A DNA stretch of 64,000 nt from positions 1-64,000 of IMG/VR virus record IMGVR_UViG_3300023179_000031; one strand, given 5' to 3'. Below, piece after piece: positions 1-8,726 of this stretch (position 1 is the stretch's first letter; every line of letters starts with the position of its first letter). This DNA is from a virus. The notes below the pieces were generated by a model. That model saw only the letters and a list, made by a program, of their open reading frames with translations, was not told the DNA's origin and searched no databases. The position numbers were made by a program, and so were the translations under genes.

Positions 1-83
1 TGCTATATCAAGATAAATAAATCGGAATAATAACTTCTAATAAAGTAACCAATATTCCCCCAATTATAACAAGGGCAGACTAT

Positions 84-260
84 ATGAGAATTGTAACTAT
101 AAGTATGGAACTGGGATTCGAAAATCTAGATGATAGAATAGACTTTAATAACAAAGAATCCATAGCAGACTTTCTTAATGAGATGTTATATGGAGATGTT
201 GAGTTCTTTGGTGAATTCGGGCCTGAGAATATTGTAAGTATACAAACAATTGACGATTAA
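84..260 (+). CDS. Small acidic hypothetical protein (58 aa)
   Basis: ATG84 to TAA260 is open (MRIVTISMELGFENLDD...QTIDD); below the ORF-track size cutoff. Confidence 0.6.
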   Translation: MRIVTISMELGFENLDDRIDFNNKESIADFLNEMLYGDVEFFGEFGPENIVSIQTIDD

Positions 261-268
261 ACACTCGC

Positions 269-350
269 CGTAAGTCCTTGCCACCAAAGGGTTTAGGACG
301 AACGCGGCCCGCCCGCCGTGTCGTAAGTCCTTATCTAGCAACAACTTACG
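269..350. repeat. Paired 29-bp imperfect palindromes (11-7-11), cluster A
   Basis: CGTAAGTCCTT-gccacca-AAGGGTTTAGG (269-297) and CGTAAGTCCTT-atctagc-AACAACTTACG (322-350), separated by a 24-bp GC-rich linker. Confidence 0.85.
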
Positions 351-378
351 TCAAAAAGAAATTTCTAATGCTGACCCC

Positions 379-406
379 TTGACACTGCCGATACATATGG
401 TATCAT
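379..406 (+). promoter_or_regulatory. sigma70-type promoter
   Basis: TTGACA-16 nt (contains CCGAT)-TATCAT with an extended TG. Confidence 0.7.
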
Positions 407-425
407 GGTAGAAAAGGAGAGAGTC

Positions 426-647
426 ATGGTTGCGATGAATGAAGATGTTGCCGACACGGTTCTCGCGGTTCAGTGCCGTTTGTGTGCGGCAGAGCATGTC
501 ATTTTCATAAAGCTCCACGATTATATTGAGTGGAAAAATGGGGCTGGTTTTATCCAAGACCTTATGCCCTACCTTTCCGACAGTGATCGTGAACTTTTGA
601 TCAGTGGCACCTGCGGTTCATGTTTTGATTCAATGTTTCCCTCTTGA
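426..647 (+). CDS. Small Cys-containing hypothetical protein, possible Zn-binding
   Basis: CRLC and CGSC motifs; AGGAG upstream of ATG426. Confidence 0.65.
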   Translation: MVAMNEDVADTVLAVQCRLCAAEHVIFIKLHDYIEWKNGAGFIQDLMPYLSDSDRELLISGTCGSCFDSMFPS

Positions 648-671
648 CAAGCCGATAACGTATAGTATACT
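644..671 (+). promoter_or_regulatory. sigma70-type promoter
   Basis: TTGACA-16 nt (contains CCGAT)-TATACT upstream of the DUF932-like gene. Confidence 0.7.
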
Positions 672-710
672 GTTGACACGTAGTTTGATTTCCCACTAGG
701 AGTTTTAGAG

Positions 711-1910
711 ATGAGCGATTACAACAAGTTGACGATTGGTTCCGATGTTGCCGAAGGTTCGTTTGTTCGTACCCTTCAGGGTGCAACTGGCACGGGTTTC
801 CAAGAGGGAACGCATGTCCACAAGGATTGGTGGGCGAAGACCAAGACTTTCGAACAGGTAAAGCAGGACACGCAGACCGCGATTGATAACCGTGAGGATG
901 TTCTCACTGAAATCAAGAATATTTGCTGCACCAACGAGGGTGATGATTTTTATTTCAAGCTGGCAGACGGTCGCAAGTTTCGCCCGACTGACCATGCCCT
1001 TGAGCAGTTCAGCACCCGCGTGGGCGTTACGTCCTCTTCGTTCCTTCGTGAGATGAGGAACATTGAAGGCTTCGATGGTAACGATAGCAACACGATGGCA
1101 ATCGTTGGCAACAACGCTATGCGTCGAATCGATCCCGATAAGAAGTTCCGACTCCGTACCTATACGGATGGAACGTGTCGTGCGTTCGTGACTGAGCAGT
1201 ACGCTCCGGTCGATAACCGCTGGTATCTGGACGTTCTTGGGGAATTCATTCCCGGTGGACGGTTCAGCCACTGGCGTGGCGATGAGGATACCATCTATGG
1301 TAACGTCCTCATCCCCGATACCATCATGGACTATGGTGCGGATGATAGCGACTACGGTGGTATGATCAGCGTGGGCAACTGTGAGATCGGCACTCGCCGC
1401 ATCACGCAAACGCCCAGTTTGTTTCGTGCCATCTGCATGAATGGCTGCATCTGGGGTCAGACGAAGGGTGAGAAGATTCGCCGCGTTCACCGTGGCAATA
1501 TCGACCTCGACGCTCTGAAGCTGGAAATCGCCATGAATATCCAGCACCAGATTCCCTTGCTTGCTCCTAGCATCAAGAAGTTTCTGGAGACTCGCACGAT
1601 GGAACTTGGCAAGACTTCTGCCAAGGCTGTTATCGCCAGCGTGGCTTCAGATAACAAACTCAGCAAGAAGGAAGCAACGGAGTTCCTTGAGCAGTACCTG
1701 ACCTATGAGGCAGAGCAGAGCAGTCTGTTCGGAATCATCAACGGTCTGACCCGTGCTGGTCAAGTGTTCACCAATAAGGAATGGGTGCGATTCGATGAGA
1801 TCGCGGGCAACCTTGCCCAGATCGATGGTGATCGCTGGAAGAGCATCCTGCGTCGTGCGGATACGTTTACGGATAAGGATTACGAGAAGGTCTTCGCACT
1901 GACCGCTTGA
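711..1910 (+). CDS. DUF932-like phage/plasmid protein
   Basis: 399 aa; GGMISVGNCEIG...LFRAICMNGCIW...RRVHRG resembles the DUF932 core; AGGAG RBS; GC-richer codon use than its neighbours. Confidence 0.7.
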   Translation: MSDYNKLTIGSDVAEGSFVRTLQGATGTGFQEGTHVHKDWWAKTKTFEQVKQDTQTAIDNREDVLTEIKNICCTNEGDDFYFKLADGRKFRPTDHALEQFSTRVGVTSSSFLREMRNIEGFDGNDSNTMAIVGNNAMRRIDPDKKFRLRTYTDGTCRAFVTEQYAPVDNRWYLDVLGEFIPGGRFSHWRGDEDTIYGNVLIPDTIMDYGADDSDYGGMISVGNCEIGTRRITQTPSLFRAICMNGCIWGQTKGEKIRRVHRGNIDLDALKLEIAMNIQHQIPLLAPSIKKFLETRTMELGKTSAKAVIASVASDNKLSKKEATEFLEQYLTYEAEQSSLFGIINGLTRAGQVFTNKEWVRFDEIAGNLAQIDGDRWKSILRRADTFTDKDYEKVFALTA

Positions 1911-1918
1911 TATCGTAG

Positions 1919-1983
1919 TGGGAGGGGAAAGGGGCTGGCAGGCCATAATCAATAAATTTTCCTGCCAGTTCCCTACCCTTCCA
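1919..1983 (+). terminator. Long imperfect hairpin after the DUF932-like gene
   Basis: GGAGGG...GGGGCTGGCAGG pairs with CCTGCCAGTTCCCT...CCCTTCC. Confidence 0.55.
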
Positions 1984-2008
1984 ATAATCTTGGGAAGCTG
2001 GGACTCGC

Positions 2009-2140
2009 CATAAGTCCGTTGCCCGTAAGGGTTTACGGCTGGCGGGGCCGCGCCCATTTGTCATAAGTTATTTATTTTCAATATGTTACGTCAAGTCTAA
2101 TAGTGAGTAGACGTAAGTCCTTTCTTCTCAAGTACTTGTG
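2009..2140. repeat. Three 29-bp imperfect palindromes (11-7-11), cluster B
   Basis: CATAAGTCCGT-N7-AAGGGTTTACG (2009-2037), CATAAGTTATT-N7-AATATGTTACG (2062-2090), CGTAAGTCCTT-N7-AAGTACTTGTG (2112-2140). Confidence 0.85.
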
Positions 2141-2231
2141 TCGAGTGTGTCGATATGGTATGATGGGTAGTGGAATGGTTGGAATGTGGGTAATATAGAT
2201 AACACAGGTAATCTAGGCTACATGTTAAAAT

Positions 2232-2280
2232 AGGTAGTCTGGGTAATCTGGGCGGTCTAGGTAGGCTAGGCAAGTGGGGT
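2232..2280 (+). repeat. Degenerate 9-bp G-rich tandem repeat
   Basis: aggtagtct gggtaatct gggcggtct aggtaggct aggcaagtg. Confidence 0.6.
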
Positions 2281-2349
2281 TGTCTCTCCCAAAATAAACC
2301 GGTCAACTGATTGCAATACAGTCAGCGAAAATAATCAAAAGGAGAAATT

Positions 2350-2646
2350 ATGATGGCAAAAGTAAGTGGATTTGTAGCAAAGGAAGTTAGTAAGGATTGG
2401 AATCAGTCTGATAGTATATGCACTCTCTTGTTCCAACAGGTAGAGAAGCCCTCTAACTTTAAGATGTGTAAGGCTATTAACGTATACGATAACAAGTACC
2501 GCATTAATGTATATACTCACGAAGTAATCAACGATATACAAAGTCAACGCATTAGCCAATCTTATTTTGCCAAACTGGCAGGCGACGGATCATCATTAGA
2601 GATTCTTCTGAAGCCCGAACCCGTTGATCCTAAAAAGAAGAAGTGA
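2350..2646 (+). CDS. Hypothetical protein
   Basis: AAGGAG RBS; 98 aa ORF. Confidence 0.7.
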   Translation: MMAKVSGFVAKEVSKDWNQSDSICTLLFQQVEKPSNFKMCKAINVYDNKYRINVYTHEVINDIQSQRISQSYFAKLAGDGSSLEILLKPEPVDPKKKK

Positions 2647-2707
2647 GGTTTGTCTTATCTAATATATAAAGATCGCTACAATGCTGATAGTCAGCGAGGT
2701 ATAGCCC

Positions 2708-2736
2708 TTGACACAATACATACGTTGTGGTAGACT
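2708..2736 (+). promoter_or_regulatory. sigma70-type promoter
   Basis: TTGACA-17 nt-TAGACT. Confidence 0.55.
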
Positions 2737-2826
2737 ACAGTACGTACTTCCCAAATTAACAAGATCTGGCCTGTGCTGGTAGTCAGCGACATTGCCTTTT
2801 TACATATACATATAGGATACATATAA

Positions 2827-3255
2827 ATGAAACTGAAACGCGGACAAAAGCTTTGTAAGGGATGTAATAAGATTAACGGTGCTAGGGCGCACGCTTGTAA
2901 GCATTGTAATCATGAGTTCGTGCCTGCATCTATAACTAAGAAGAATAAGTTTAAAACTAAGCGCCCCAAGAAGTTTGAGGATATAGATTGGCATGATCTA
3001 GTTGATGGAGACACTATTAAAGTTATCGGGCGATCTGGTAATTATTATGTGAATGATATTGGTGAGAGACAGTATATGAGTGATGCGGGAGTATATACAG
3101 TCAAGCAAAAGGATAAGAATGGACTCGTAGTTTATAGTCATCATGGCGGTTACGGGTATATCTATATGGGGCCAGAGGTTCAATCTGATCTCATAGATAA
3201 TATGTATCGTAGCCCACACAAGATCGTAAAGGTCAATTTACCTGTTCGAACGTGA
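2827..3255 (+). CDS. Hypothetical protein with N-terminal Zn-ribbon
   Basis: CKGC...CKHC motif and a basic linker. Confidence 0.7.
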   Translation: MKLKRGQKLCKGCNKINGARAHACKHCNHEFVPASITKKNKFKTKRPKKFEDIDWHDLVDGDTIKVIGRSGNYYVNDIGERQYMSDAGVYTVKQKDKNGLVVYSHHGGYGYIYMGPEVQSDLIDNMYRSPHKIVKVNLPVRT

Positions 3256-3353
3256 TATTATAAATAAGGCCATTTGGGCTGATTTTTAACGAAATCTTAT
3301 TACTTTCTTATGATATTCGAACGAAATCGCCCCTTTTTGTAAGGGAGTATAAT

Positions 3354-3620
3354 ATGCTATCTAAACGTGAATTCTTTCTATACATGTCTACTGTATATGA
3401 AGAGAACTTCAATGATGAGGACTCTTATAAGGTCTTTAAACAAATAGTCAAAATGACTGATCAAGACCAATTATTAGAAATGAAGGAAATCACTACATTT
3501 AATAAGAGGCAAAGGGTAGCATATAGAAATGCGCTGGCTGCTAATGGTAAGGAGCTAACGCCACGCCAGCTAGACCAATACATAAGCATGATAGAGCTAG
3601 CTCTAGAACAGAGACATTAG
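3354..3620 (+). CDS. Hypothetical protein
   Basis: GGGAG RBS; followed by a hairpin at about 3651-3679. Confidence 0.6.
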   Translation: MLSKREFFLYMSTVYEENFNDEDSYKVFKQIVKMTDQDQLLEMKEITTFNKRQRVAYRNALAANGKELTPRQLDQYISMIELALEQRH

Positions 3621-3995
3621 TATACCATACATATACTATATACAGATACCGCCCCGTGGTTCCTAGTGGATCATGGGGCTTATCTATTTACCTACCTACA
3701 TACACTCTACACTCTCTACCCTAGTACCCATATACGTTGTTTCTAAGCTGAATATCGAATATTTTATTGTATTGTGAATTATCCACATTAAAAAAGGAAT
3801 ATATGCCCACACCATCCTTAGTCATTAATGTATTTATGTATGGTAGTATTATTAGTATATGTATTGTTTGTATTATAGGTCTTTCATGTATATTCAATGA
3901 TAATATATAACTATCCATTTAGCATCATTATTGGGTGTATTTATATGTAGATATATGGGTTTGTATCCCACAGAAAACCAGCGAAAGAAAGATTA

Positions 3996-4622
3996 ATGGG
4001 AAGAAAAACCACAATTAAAAAAGAAAAGAGAGAAAAAATGAGAAAACTCATAAGGCGTATATATGCCTATATTGCTCTCGGTATTATATGTGTTGGTTCA
4101 GTATTCTTAGTCAAAAATACAATCAGAAATCTAAAACGAGACGTATCATCGTTGCCAAACGGCAGCTATCAATATATAAGATACGAACTAGATATACCAA
4201 AGAATAAAAAGCTAACATTTCCACTCCTATCTAAAATTAGCGACATAAGCAAAGAAGATGTCTGGTACGGAGTAAAGCTAGACTATTGGTACATGCATAA
4301 TTATGTATGTGAAATAAAGTTTCGGGATGACTGCACAGAGACTATCCTACCAAAAGATACAAAAATAGTATTTAATGGGCGATGCGATGTGGTGGATGAA
4401 AAAAGTGGAATGAAAATGTATAGAATTTATGTAGACAGCCCATCATATATTGAGTATATAGAGTGTGGCAGTTATATTAATCACTACATAGGAATATTAG
4501 GAGATATCTGTCATACAACAGAGCAAGTATTTACAGGAATGTCTATCAAGGAATTTAATAGGGTTATGGTAATAGCAACTCAACTTCAAGTAGCCAAAAA
4601 TGGAGAAACAACCCATGAGTGA
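3996..4622 (+). CDS. Hypothetical membrane-anchored protein
   Basis: N-terminal hydrophobic segment IYAYIALGIICVGSVFLV. Confidence 0.6.
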   Translation: MGRKTTIKKEKREKMRKLIRRIYAYIALGIICVGSVFLVKNTIRNLKRDVSSLPNGSYQYIRYELDIPKNKKLTFPLLSKISDISKEDVWYGVKLDYWYMHNYVCEIKFRDDCTETILPKDTKIVFNGRCDVVDEKSGMKMYRIYVDSPSYIEYIECGSYINHYIGILGDICHTTEQVFTGMSIKEFNRVMVIATQLQVAKNGETTHE

Positions 4623-4851
4623 CATTAAACAAGAAATCAATCAAGCAATAGAACAATTAGAAGCACAGGGTATTACTAAAAATGCCCATTTGGGCGACAC
4701 AACGGGCCTTGGTGATAAGGTCGAAGAAGTTCTTAAAAGCATAGGTATTACAGAAGAGAGATTCAAGGAGTGGTTTAATCTAAAGGAATGTGGATGCTCA
4801 AAAAGAAAAGCTTGGCTAAATAGTCTATTCTCTTGGAAGAAGAATAACTAG
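4615..4851 (+). CDS. Hypothetical phage protein
   Basis: GLGDKVE...CGCSKRKAWLN motif. Confidence 0.65.
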   Translation: MSDIKQEINQAIEQLEAQGITKNAHLGDTTGLGDKVEEVLKSIGITEERFKEWFNLKECGCSKRKAWLNSLFSWKKNN

Positions 4852-4873
4852 CGGTCGATAGCAAAAATTCAAG

Positions 4874-4916
4874 TTGACAGGTGCCTTTACCGATGTATAA
4901 TAGGGTAGAGGCACCT
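4874..4916 (+). promoter_or_regulatory. sigma70-type promoter overlapped by a 13-bp inverted repeat
   Basis: TTGACA-16 nt-TATAAT (4874-4901); AGGTGCCTTTACC / GGTAGAGGCACCT (12 of 13 complementary). Confidence 0.7.
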
Positions 4917-5526
4917 ATTCTTTTGAGATTTTATCAGATTTTGATAGATTGTCTTTAGCCCATAGCGGTTGTAAGTTAGTGTAATGAAAACATTCCATTT
5001 GTTGTTGAATATCTGTTAAATCAAAACTACTACATGGAATAATGTGATCTATATGCCATTGTCCATAATTATCCCAACTCATGCTATCTATAAATTTTGA
5101 CTCCATATATTTTAAAAAATCATATAAAGAACAACCCAATAATTCCATAGTACTATTACTTTTACAATTTTTAGTTATTACTTGATTAACTCTTCTACGC
5201 AAATTCTTTTTGATTTTATATTCAATATCATTTTTACGTCTTATACGTTCATTTTCATTAATTTTATCTCTATTTTTATTGTACCAATTTTTCTTTTGAT
5301 CTATTATTTTTTTAATATTATTTTGTCTCCAATTTTTCATATATTTTGGATTATTCTTACGAAAATCTGAAGTTTTGCTTTTTAACCTAATTTTATTTTG
5401 ATTATAATATTCTCTACAATATTGAGATAAACAATCTTTGCATCTATATGTTGGTTTACCGTTTCTTTTTTCAAAACTTTCAATGGGTTTTTCAACTTGA
5501 CAAATTGAACAAACTTTGGTATACAT
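4915..5526 (-). CDS. HNH homing-type endonuclease
   Basis: N-terminal CSIC...CKDC, Lys-rich helix, and WHIDHIIPCSSF...CFHYTNLQPLWAKDNLSK HNH motif; AGGAG RBS on the minus strand. Confidence 0.85.
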   Translation of the reverse strand: MYTKVCSICQVEKPIESFEKRNGKPTYRCKDCLSQYCREYYNQNKIRLKSKTSDFRKNNPKYMKNWRQNNIKKIIDQKKNWYNKNRDKINENERIRRKNDIEYKIKKNLRRRVNQVITKNCKSNSTMELLGCSLYDFLKYMESKFIDSMSWDNYGQWHIDHIIPCSSFDLTDIQQQMECFHYTNLQPLWAKDNLSKSDKISKE

Positions 5527-5573
5527 AGTATTCTCCTAGATCACATTAAATTACACTAACTTATACACAAATT

Positions 5574-6500
5574 ATGAATAAAATTGGCCTCTGTTGTATT
5601 TCTTTAAATCTAAAAGAAATTGGATATAGTTTTCAAACAATGACATACAAAAGATTTTCATCTTTACCAAGAAACGAAGCACTTTCTATCCTTGGTGAAA
5701 GAATATATAATAACATGATAACCACAAATAAAACAATACAATACTGTGCTGACAACAACCTTAATTATAGATTAAGCAGCGATCTGTTTCCATTAATTAC
5801 CTACGATAAAGCTGACATTTATCTAGAAAATCTCCCAAATTACGACGATATTCAAGATGAATTTGACTCTATATCTGAAACAATATCAAATAACAAAGTA
5901 AGAGTGTCTCTACACCCATCTGAGTATAATAGTTTAGCAAGCACATCGACTGAGGTTGCAGACAAAACCATCACAGAACTTAACTTCTATTCTTCATTCA
6001 TGGACAGAATTGGTTGCCCAGCAGACTACCGATCTCCAATGAATATTCATATACATAATAAGTCTGGCACATATAACGAGATATTGAATAGATTTATGAC
6101 TAATTTTGATCGTCTTGACGAAAACTGCAAAAACAGAATAGTTGTAGAAAACGATGACAAAACTGGTGGCTGGAGTGTTATAGAGCTAATCCATCAGTTT
6201 CATGATATAACGGCCATACCCATCACGTTCGACTACTTGCATCATGCCTGCCATCCTAACGGCATAGACGAGGAACGGGCTATAAACGCTTGCTACAGAT
6301 CGTGGGACGGGTATACTCCACTGTTCCACTACAGTGAAAGTCGCCCCGGCAACAACCCAAGAGCGCACGCGGATTATGCCAACAATATATTTAATACATA
6401 CGGACTAGAATTTGACATTGACTTTGAGTTGAAGATGAAAGATAAAGCTATTCTAAATTTCGCTAATAAGGAGTTGATGTATGCAAGACAAACTGGTTAA
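5574..6500 (+). CDS. uvsE: UV DNA damage endonuclease
   Basis: IGLCCI, YRLSSDLFP, SLHP, IVVENDDK, ITFDYLHH, PLFHYSES and RAHADY motifs. Confidence 0.92.
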   Translation: MNKIGLCCISLNLKEIGYSFQTMTYKRFSSLPRNEALSILGERIYNNMITTNKTIQYCADNNLNYRLSSDLFPLITYDKADIYLENLPNYDDIQDEFDSISETISNNKVRVSLHPSEYNSLASTSTEVADKTITELNFYSSFMDRIGCPADYRSPMNIHIHNKSGTYNEILNRFMTNFDRLDENCKNRIVVENDDKTGGWSVIELIHQFHDITAIPITFDYLHHACHPNGIDEERAINACYRSWDGYTPLFHYSESRPGNNPRAHADYANNIFNTYGLEFDIDFELKMKDKAILNFANKELMYARQTG

Positions 6501-6828
6501 GATCAAAGATATAGATAAAATGGCTAGGCATATCAGAAAAGATATAGCAAAGCAACAAGGTGTTCCTATTAAAGAACTAAAGTTTTATATCACTCAAAAT
6601 GAGATGATATCATTAATTAGGCAATATGCTAAGGTTGATAAAGATGGACAAGCTATGGTGAATTGTGTCATACTTGACAAAATCTTCAAGGAAGCTTACA
6701 ATTGGATAGTTGGCATTGAAATCAGCAAATTAGCCTCTAATGGAACATTTGATGTATATTGGAGCGATGAAAAGAATTCTATGGTTTTTGCAGCAATAAC
6801 AGAAAAGGAAAAGGATACCAATGGCTAA
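6481..6828 (+). CDS. Hypothetical protein
   Basis: AAGGAG RBS; overlaps the end of uvsE. Confidence 0.65.
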   Translation: MQDKLVKIKDIDKMARHIRKDIAKQQGVPIKELKFYITQNEMISLIRQYAKVDKDGQAMVNCVILDKIFKEAYNWIVGIEISKLASNGTFDVYWSDEKNSMVFAAITEKEKDTNG

Positions 6829-7096
6829 GAATTATTATAAGGCACCAAAGCACTCTACTGGACACGCAGTAACAACTAAAACGCACTTTGGATCAACAGC
6901 AGATATGGTTGTTGACCACAACGCATTGTCGCTTGAAATTCCAGATAGTAGCGTAGTTTGTAAGGATGATCTTGGTTATTACATTACAAATAAAGCGATG
7001 ATAGACAGCGGGTTGGCTGATCCCAATCGATATGCTAACGCTAAAAGTCGCATCACTGTGTCAGAAACCACCAAACAAGAAAATTCAAGCTCTTGA
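6821..7096 (+). CDS. Hypothetical protein
   Basis: Translationally coupled ORF. Confidence 0.65.
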   Translation: MAKNYYKAPKHSTGHAVTTKTHFGSTADMVVDHNALSLEIPDSSVVCKDDLGYYITNKAMIDSGLADPNRYANAKSRITVSETTKQENSSS

Positions 7097-7120
7097 CACA
7101 GAGTACCGATATAGTACAAT
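7093..7120 (+). promoter_or_regulatory. sigma70-type promoter
   Basis: TTGACA-16 nt (contains CCGAT)-TACAAT. Confidence 0.7.
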
Positions 7121-7140
7121 ACCAACAAAGGAGAATACTT

Positions 7141-7350
7141 ATGGCACTTACTTGGGGCGATCTGAGAAATTACATTGCTAGTCAAGATGAAGACTTTCTT
7201 GATAGCGAAGTAAGAATATATGATTTTCAGGATGGAGAAGAGTACGACGCTGGAGTAACTGAGTTGCTTTTTGGCGAAGATGAAGATGGTGAAGGGTGGG
7301 TTCCTTACCTTACTATTAATGAGGGAGAGTCTAATGGACAAGATGAGTAG
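7141..7350 (+). CDS. Highly acidic small protein
   Basis: AAGGAG RBS before ATG7141; very D/E-rich. Confidence 0.7.
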   Translation: MALTWGDLRNYIASQDEDFLDSEVRIYDFQDGEEYDAGVTELLFGEDEDGEGWVPYLTINEGESNGQDE

Positions 7351-7630
7351 ATTTGATCTTGAAGAAAAATTGATGCAAAATCACAATATAGTAGAAGACC
7401 TAAAGGTACTGGCTAGCTATATCTTGGAGAATCCAGATTCGGTAGACAGGGATTTTATTTTTAATGCGTTAAATGGTCTAGCTTGTCTTCAGGAAGCCAG
7501 AAATGATGCAACTTGGCATACATTTTTGCAAACATTTGAACTTGATGGTTATCACACGTATTGGAAAACTTATACAAAAGACGAGGATTATAATGAAGAA
7601 GAAAATGAAAATCGTACTTCGACCAAGTAA
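7334..7630 (+). CDS. Hypothetical protein
   Basis: GGGAG RBS; overlapping ORF in an operon. Confidence 0.65.
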   Translation: MDKMSRFDLEEKLMQNHNIVEDLKVLASYILENPDSVDRDFIFNALNGLACLQEARNDATWHTFLQTFELDGYHTYWKTYTKDEDYNEEENENRTSTK

Positions 7631-7772
7631 TAATAGTCTTCATGGTGAGGCATATGAAGTTAAAAGTATTACTAATAGCATAGAATTAGTTATTGGTGAA
7701 CTAATTGATAAAGAGTATGTTAAAGATCTTATTTCTAGCAAGAACTGGAATGTTGAGATAGTAGGTAAATAA
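7593..7772 (+). CDS. Hypothetical protein
   Basis: GAGG RBS; coupled ORF. Confidence 0.55.
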   Translation: MKKKMKIVLRPSNNSLHGEAYEVKSITNSIELVIGELIDKEYVKDLISSKNWNVEIVGK

Positions 7773-7773
7773 A

Positions 7774-8214
7774 ATGGATCAAGAACTTCAAAACAAATTA
7801 TTTGAAAAATACCCCTCTCTATTTGAGAATAAAAATAAATCTATACAGGAAAGCTGTATGGGGTGGGGAATAGAATGCAATAACGGGTGGTATGAATTGC
7901 TATCTAGTGTTTGCTGGAGAATAAGTCAGCATGAGAAAAACATAGCAGATAGGATAAGAGTTAGAAATGAAGTTGGAAAAGAGAATGACCAATCAGATCT
8001 AGATTATGTTCCTGTTAAATTCGACCAGATAAAAGAAAAGTTTGGAGGAATACGAATTTATTATACTGGTGGCGACGATTATGTTGACGGTATTATTTCT
8101 TTAGCAGATGAAATGAGCTATAAGATTTGTGAAGTTTGTGGAAATGCTGGTAAACCAAATAAAGGTGGATGGATAACAGTTTTATGTGATGAACACAGGA
8201 AACTAACACAATGA
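7774..8214 (+). CDS. Conserved phage hypothetical protein
   Basis: GIECNNGW, QIKEKFGGIRIY and ICEVCG...LCDEH motifs. Confidence 0.75.
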   Translation: MDQELQNKLFEKYPSLFENKNKSIQESCMGWGIECNNGWYELLSSVCWRISQHEKNIADRIRVRNEVGKENDQSDLDYVPVKFDQIKEKFGGIRIYYTGGDDYVDGIISLADEMSYKICEVCGNAGKPNKGGWITVLCDEHRKLTQ

Positions 8215-8462
8215 AAGATATAAGCTACTGGAATTATAGAGTAATGATAAATGTTACTCCAAGAGTTCATATGGATGATGCTATAACTTATGGTATTCAC
8301 GAAGTATATTATCGTGGAAACAAACCCATCAGTTGGACAGATACGCCTGTTGAAATAGTAGAAGAATCACTCAAAGATCTTAAATCTACATTGAAATATA
8401 TGCTTGAAGCTTGTAAATTGCCAGTGCTTGATGTTATAACTGGAGAAGAGGTAAAAATATGA
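8211..8462 (+). CDS. Hypothetical protein, paralog of 10072-10326
   Basis: WNYRV...HMDDAI.YGIHEVYY...WT..P. Confidence 0.7.
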   Translation: MKDISYWNYRVMINVTPRVHMDDAITYGIHEVYYRGNKPISWTDTPVEIVEESLKDLKSTLKYMLEACKLPVLDVITGEEVKI

Positions 8463-8677
8463 AAGCCACATTAACGTTTACATTGCCAGAAGAACAAATA
8501 GAGTTTGATACTGCTATTCAGGCAAGTGCTGCTAAAAGCATGTTGTGGGATTTTAGTCAACAGCTTAGATCTTGGCGTAAATATCATAATGACTTTAAGG
8601 ACGCAAACGATGCTCTTGATAAGATAAGAGAAGAGTTTTATAGACTCATCAACGATTACAATATCAACATTGACTAA
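8459..8677 (+). CDS. Hypothetical protein
   Basis: MKATLTFTLPEEQ-type small phage protein; coupled ORF. Confidence 0.7.
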   Translation: MKATLTFTLPEEQIEFDTAIQASAAKSMLWDFSQQLRSWRKYHNDFKDANDALDKIREEFYRLINDYNINID

Positions 8678-8685
8678 AGAAACTC

Positions 8686-8714
8686 TTGACAGTGGACGAT
8701 AGATAGAGTATAAT
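8686..8714 (+). promoter_or_regulatory. sigma70-type promoter for tRNA-Leu
   Basis: TTGACA-17 nt (contains ACGAT)-TATAAT. Confidence 0.75.
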
Positions 8715-8726
8715 TGAGATATACGA

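Noticed and set aside
705-1547. 280-aa minus-strand ORF
   Set aside because: It is the antisense shadow of the DUF932-like gene, caused by codon bias. It has no motif or RBS. The same applies to the shadows over rIIA/rIIB.
269-2140. Palindromic repeats as a CRISPR array
   Set aside because: The copies are degenerate with variable centres, come only in groups of 2-3, and have no run of identical repeats with unique spacers. No cas operon is nearby.
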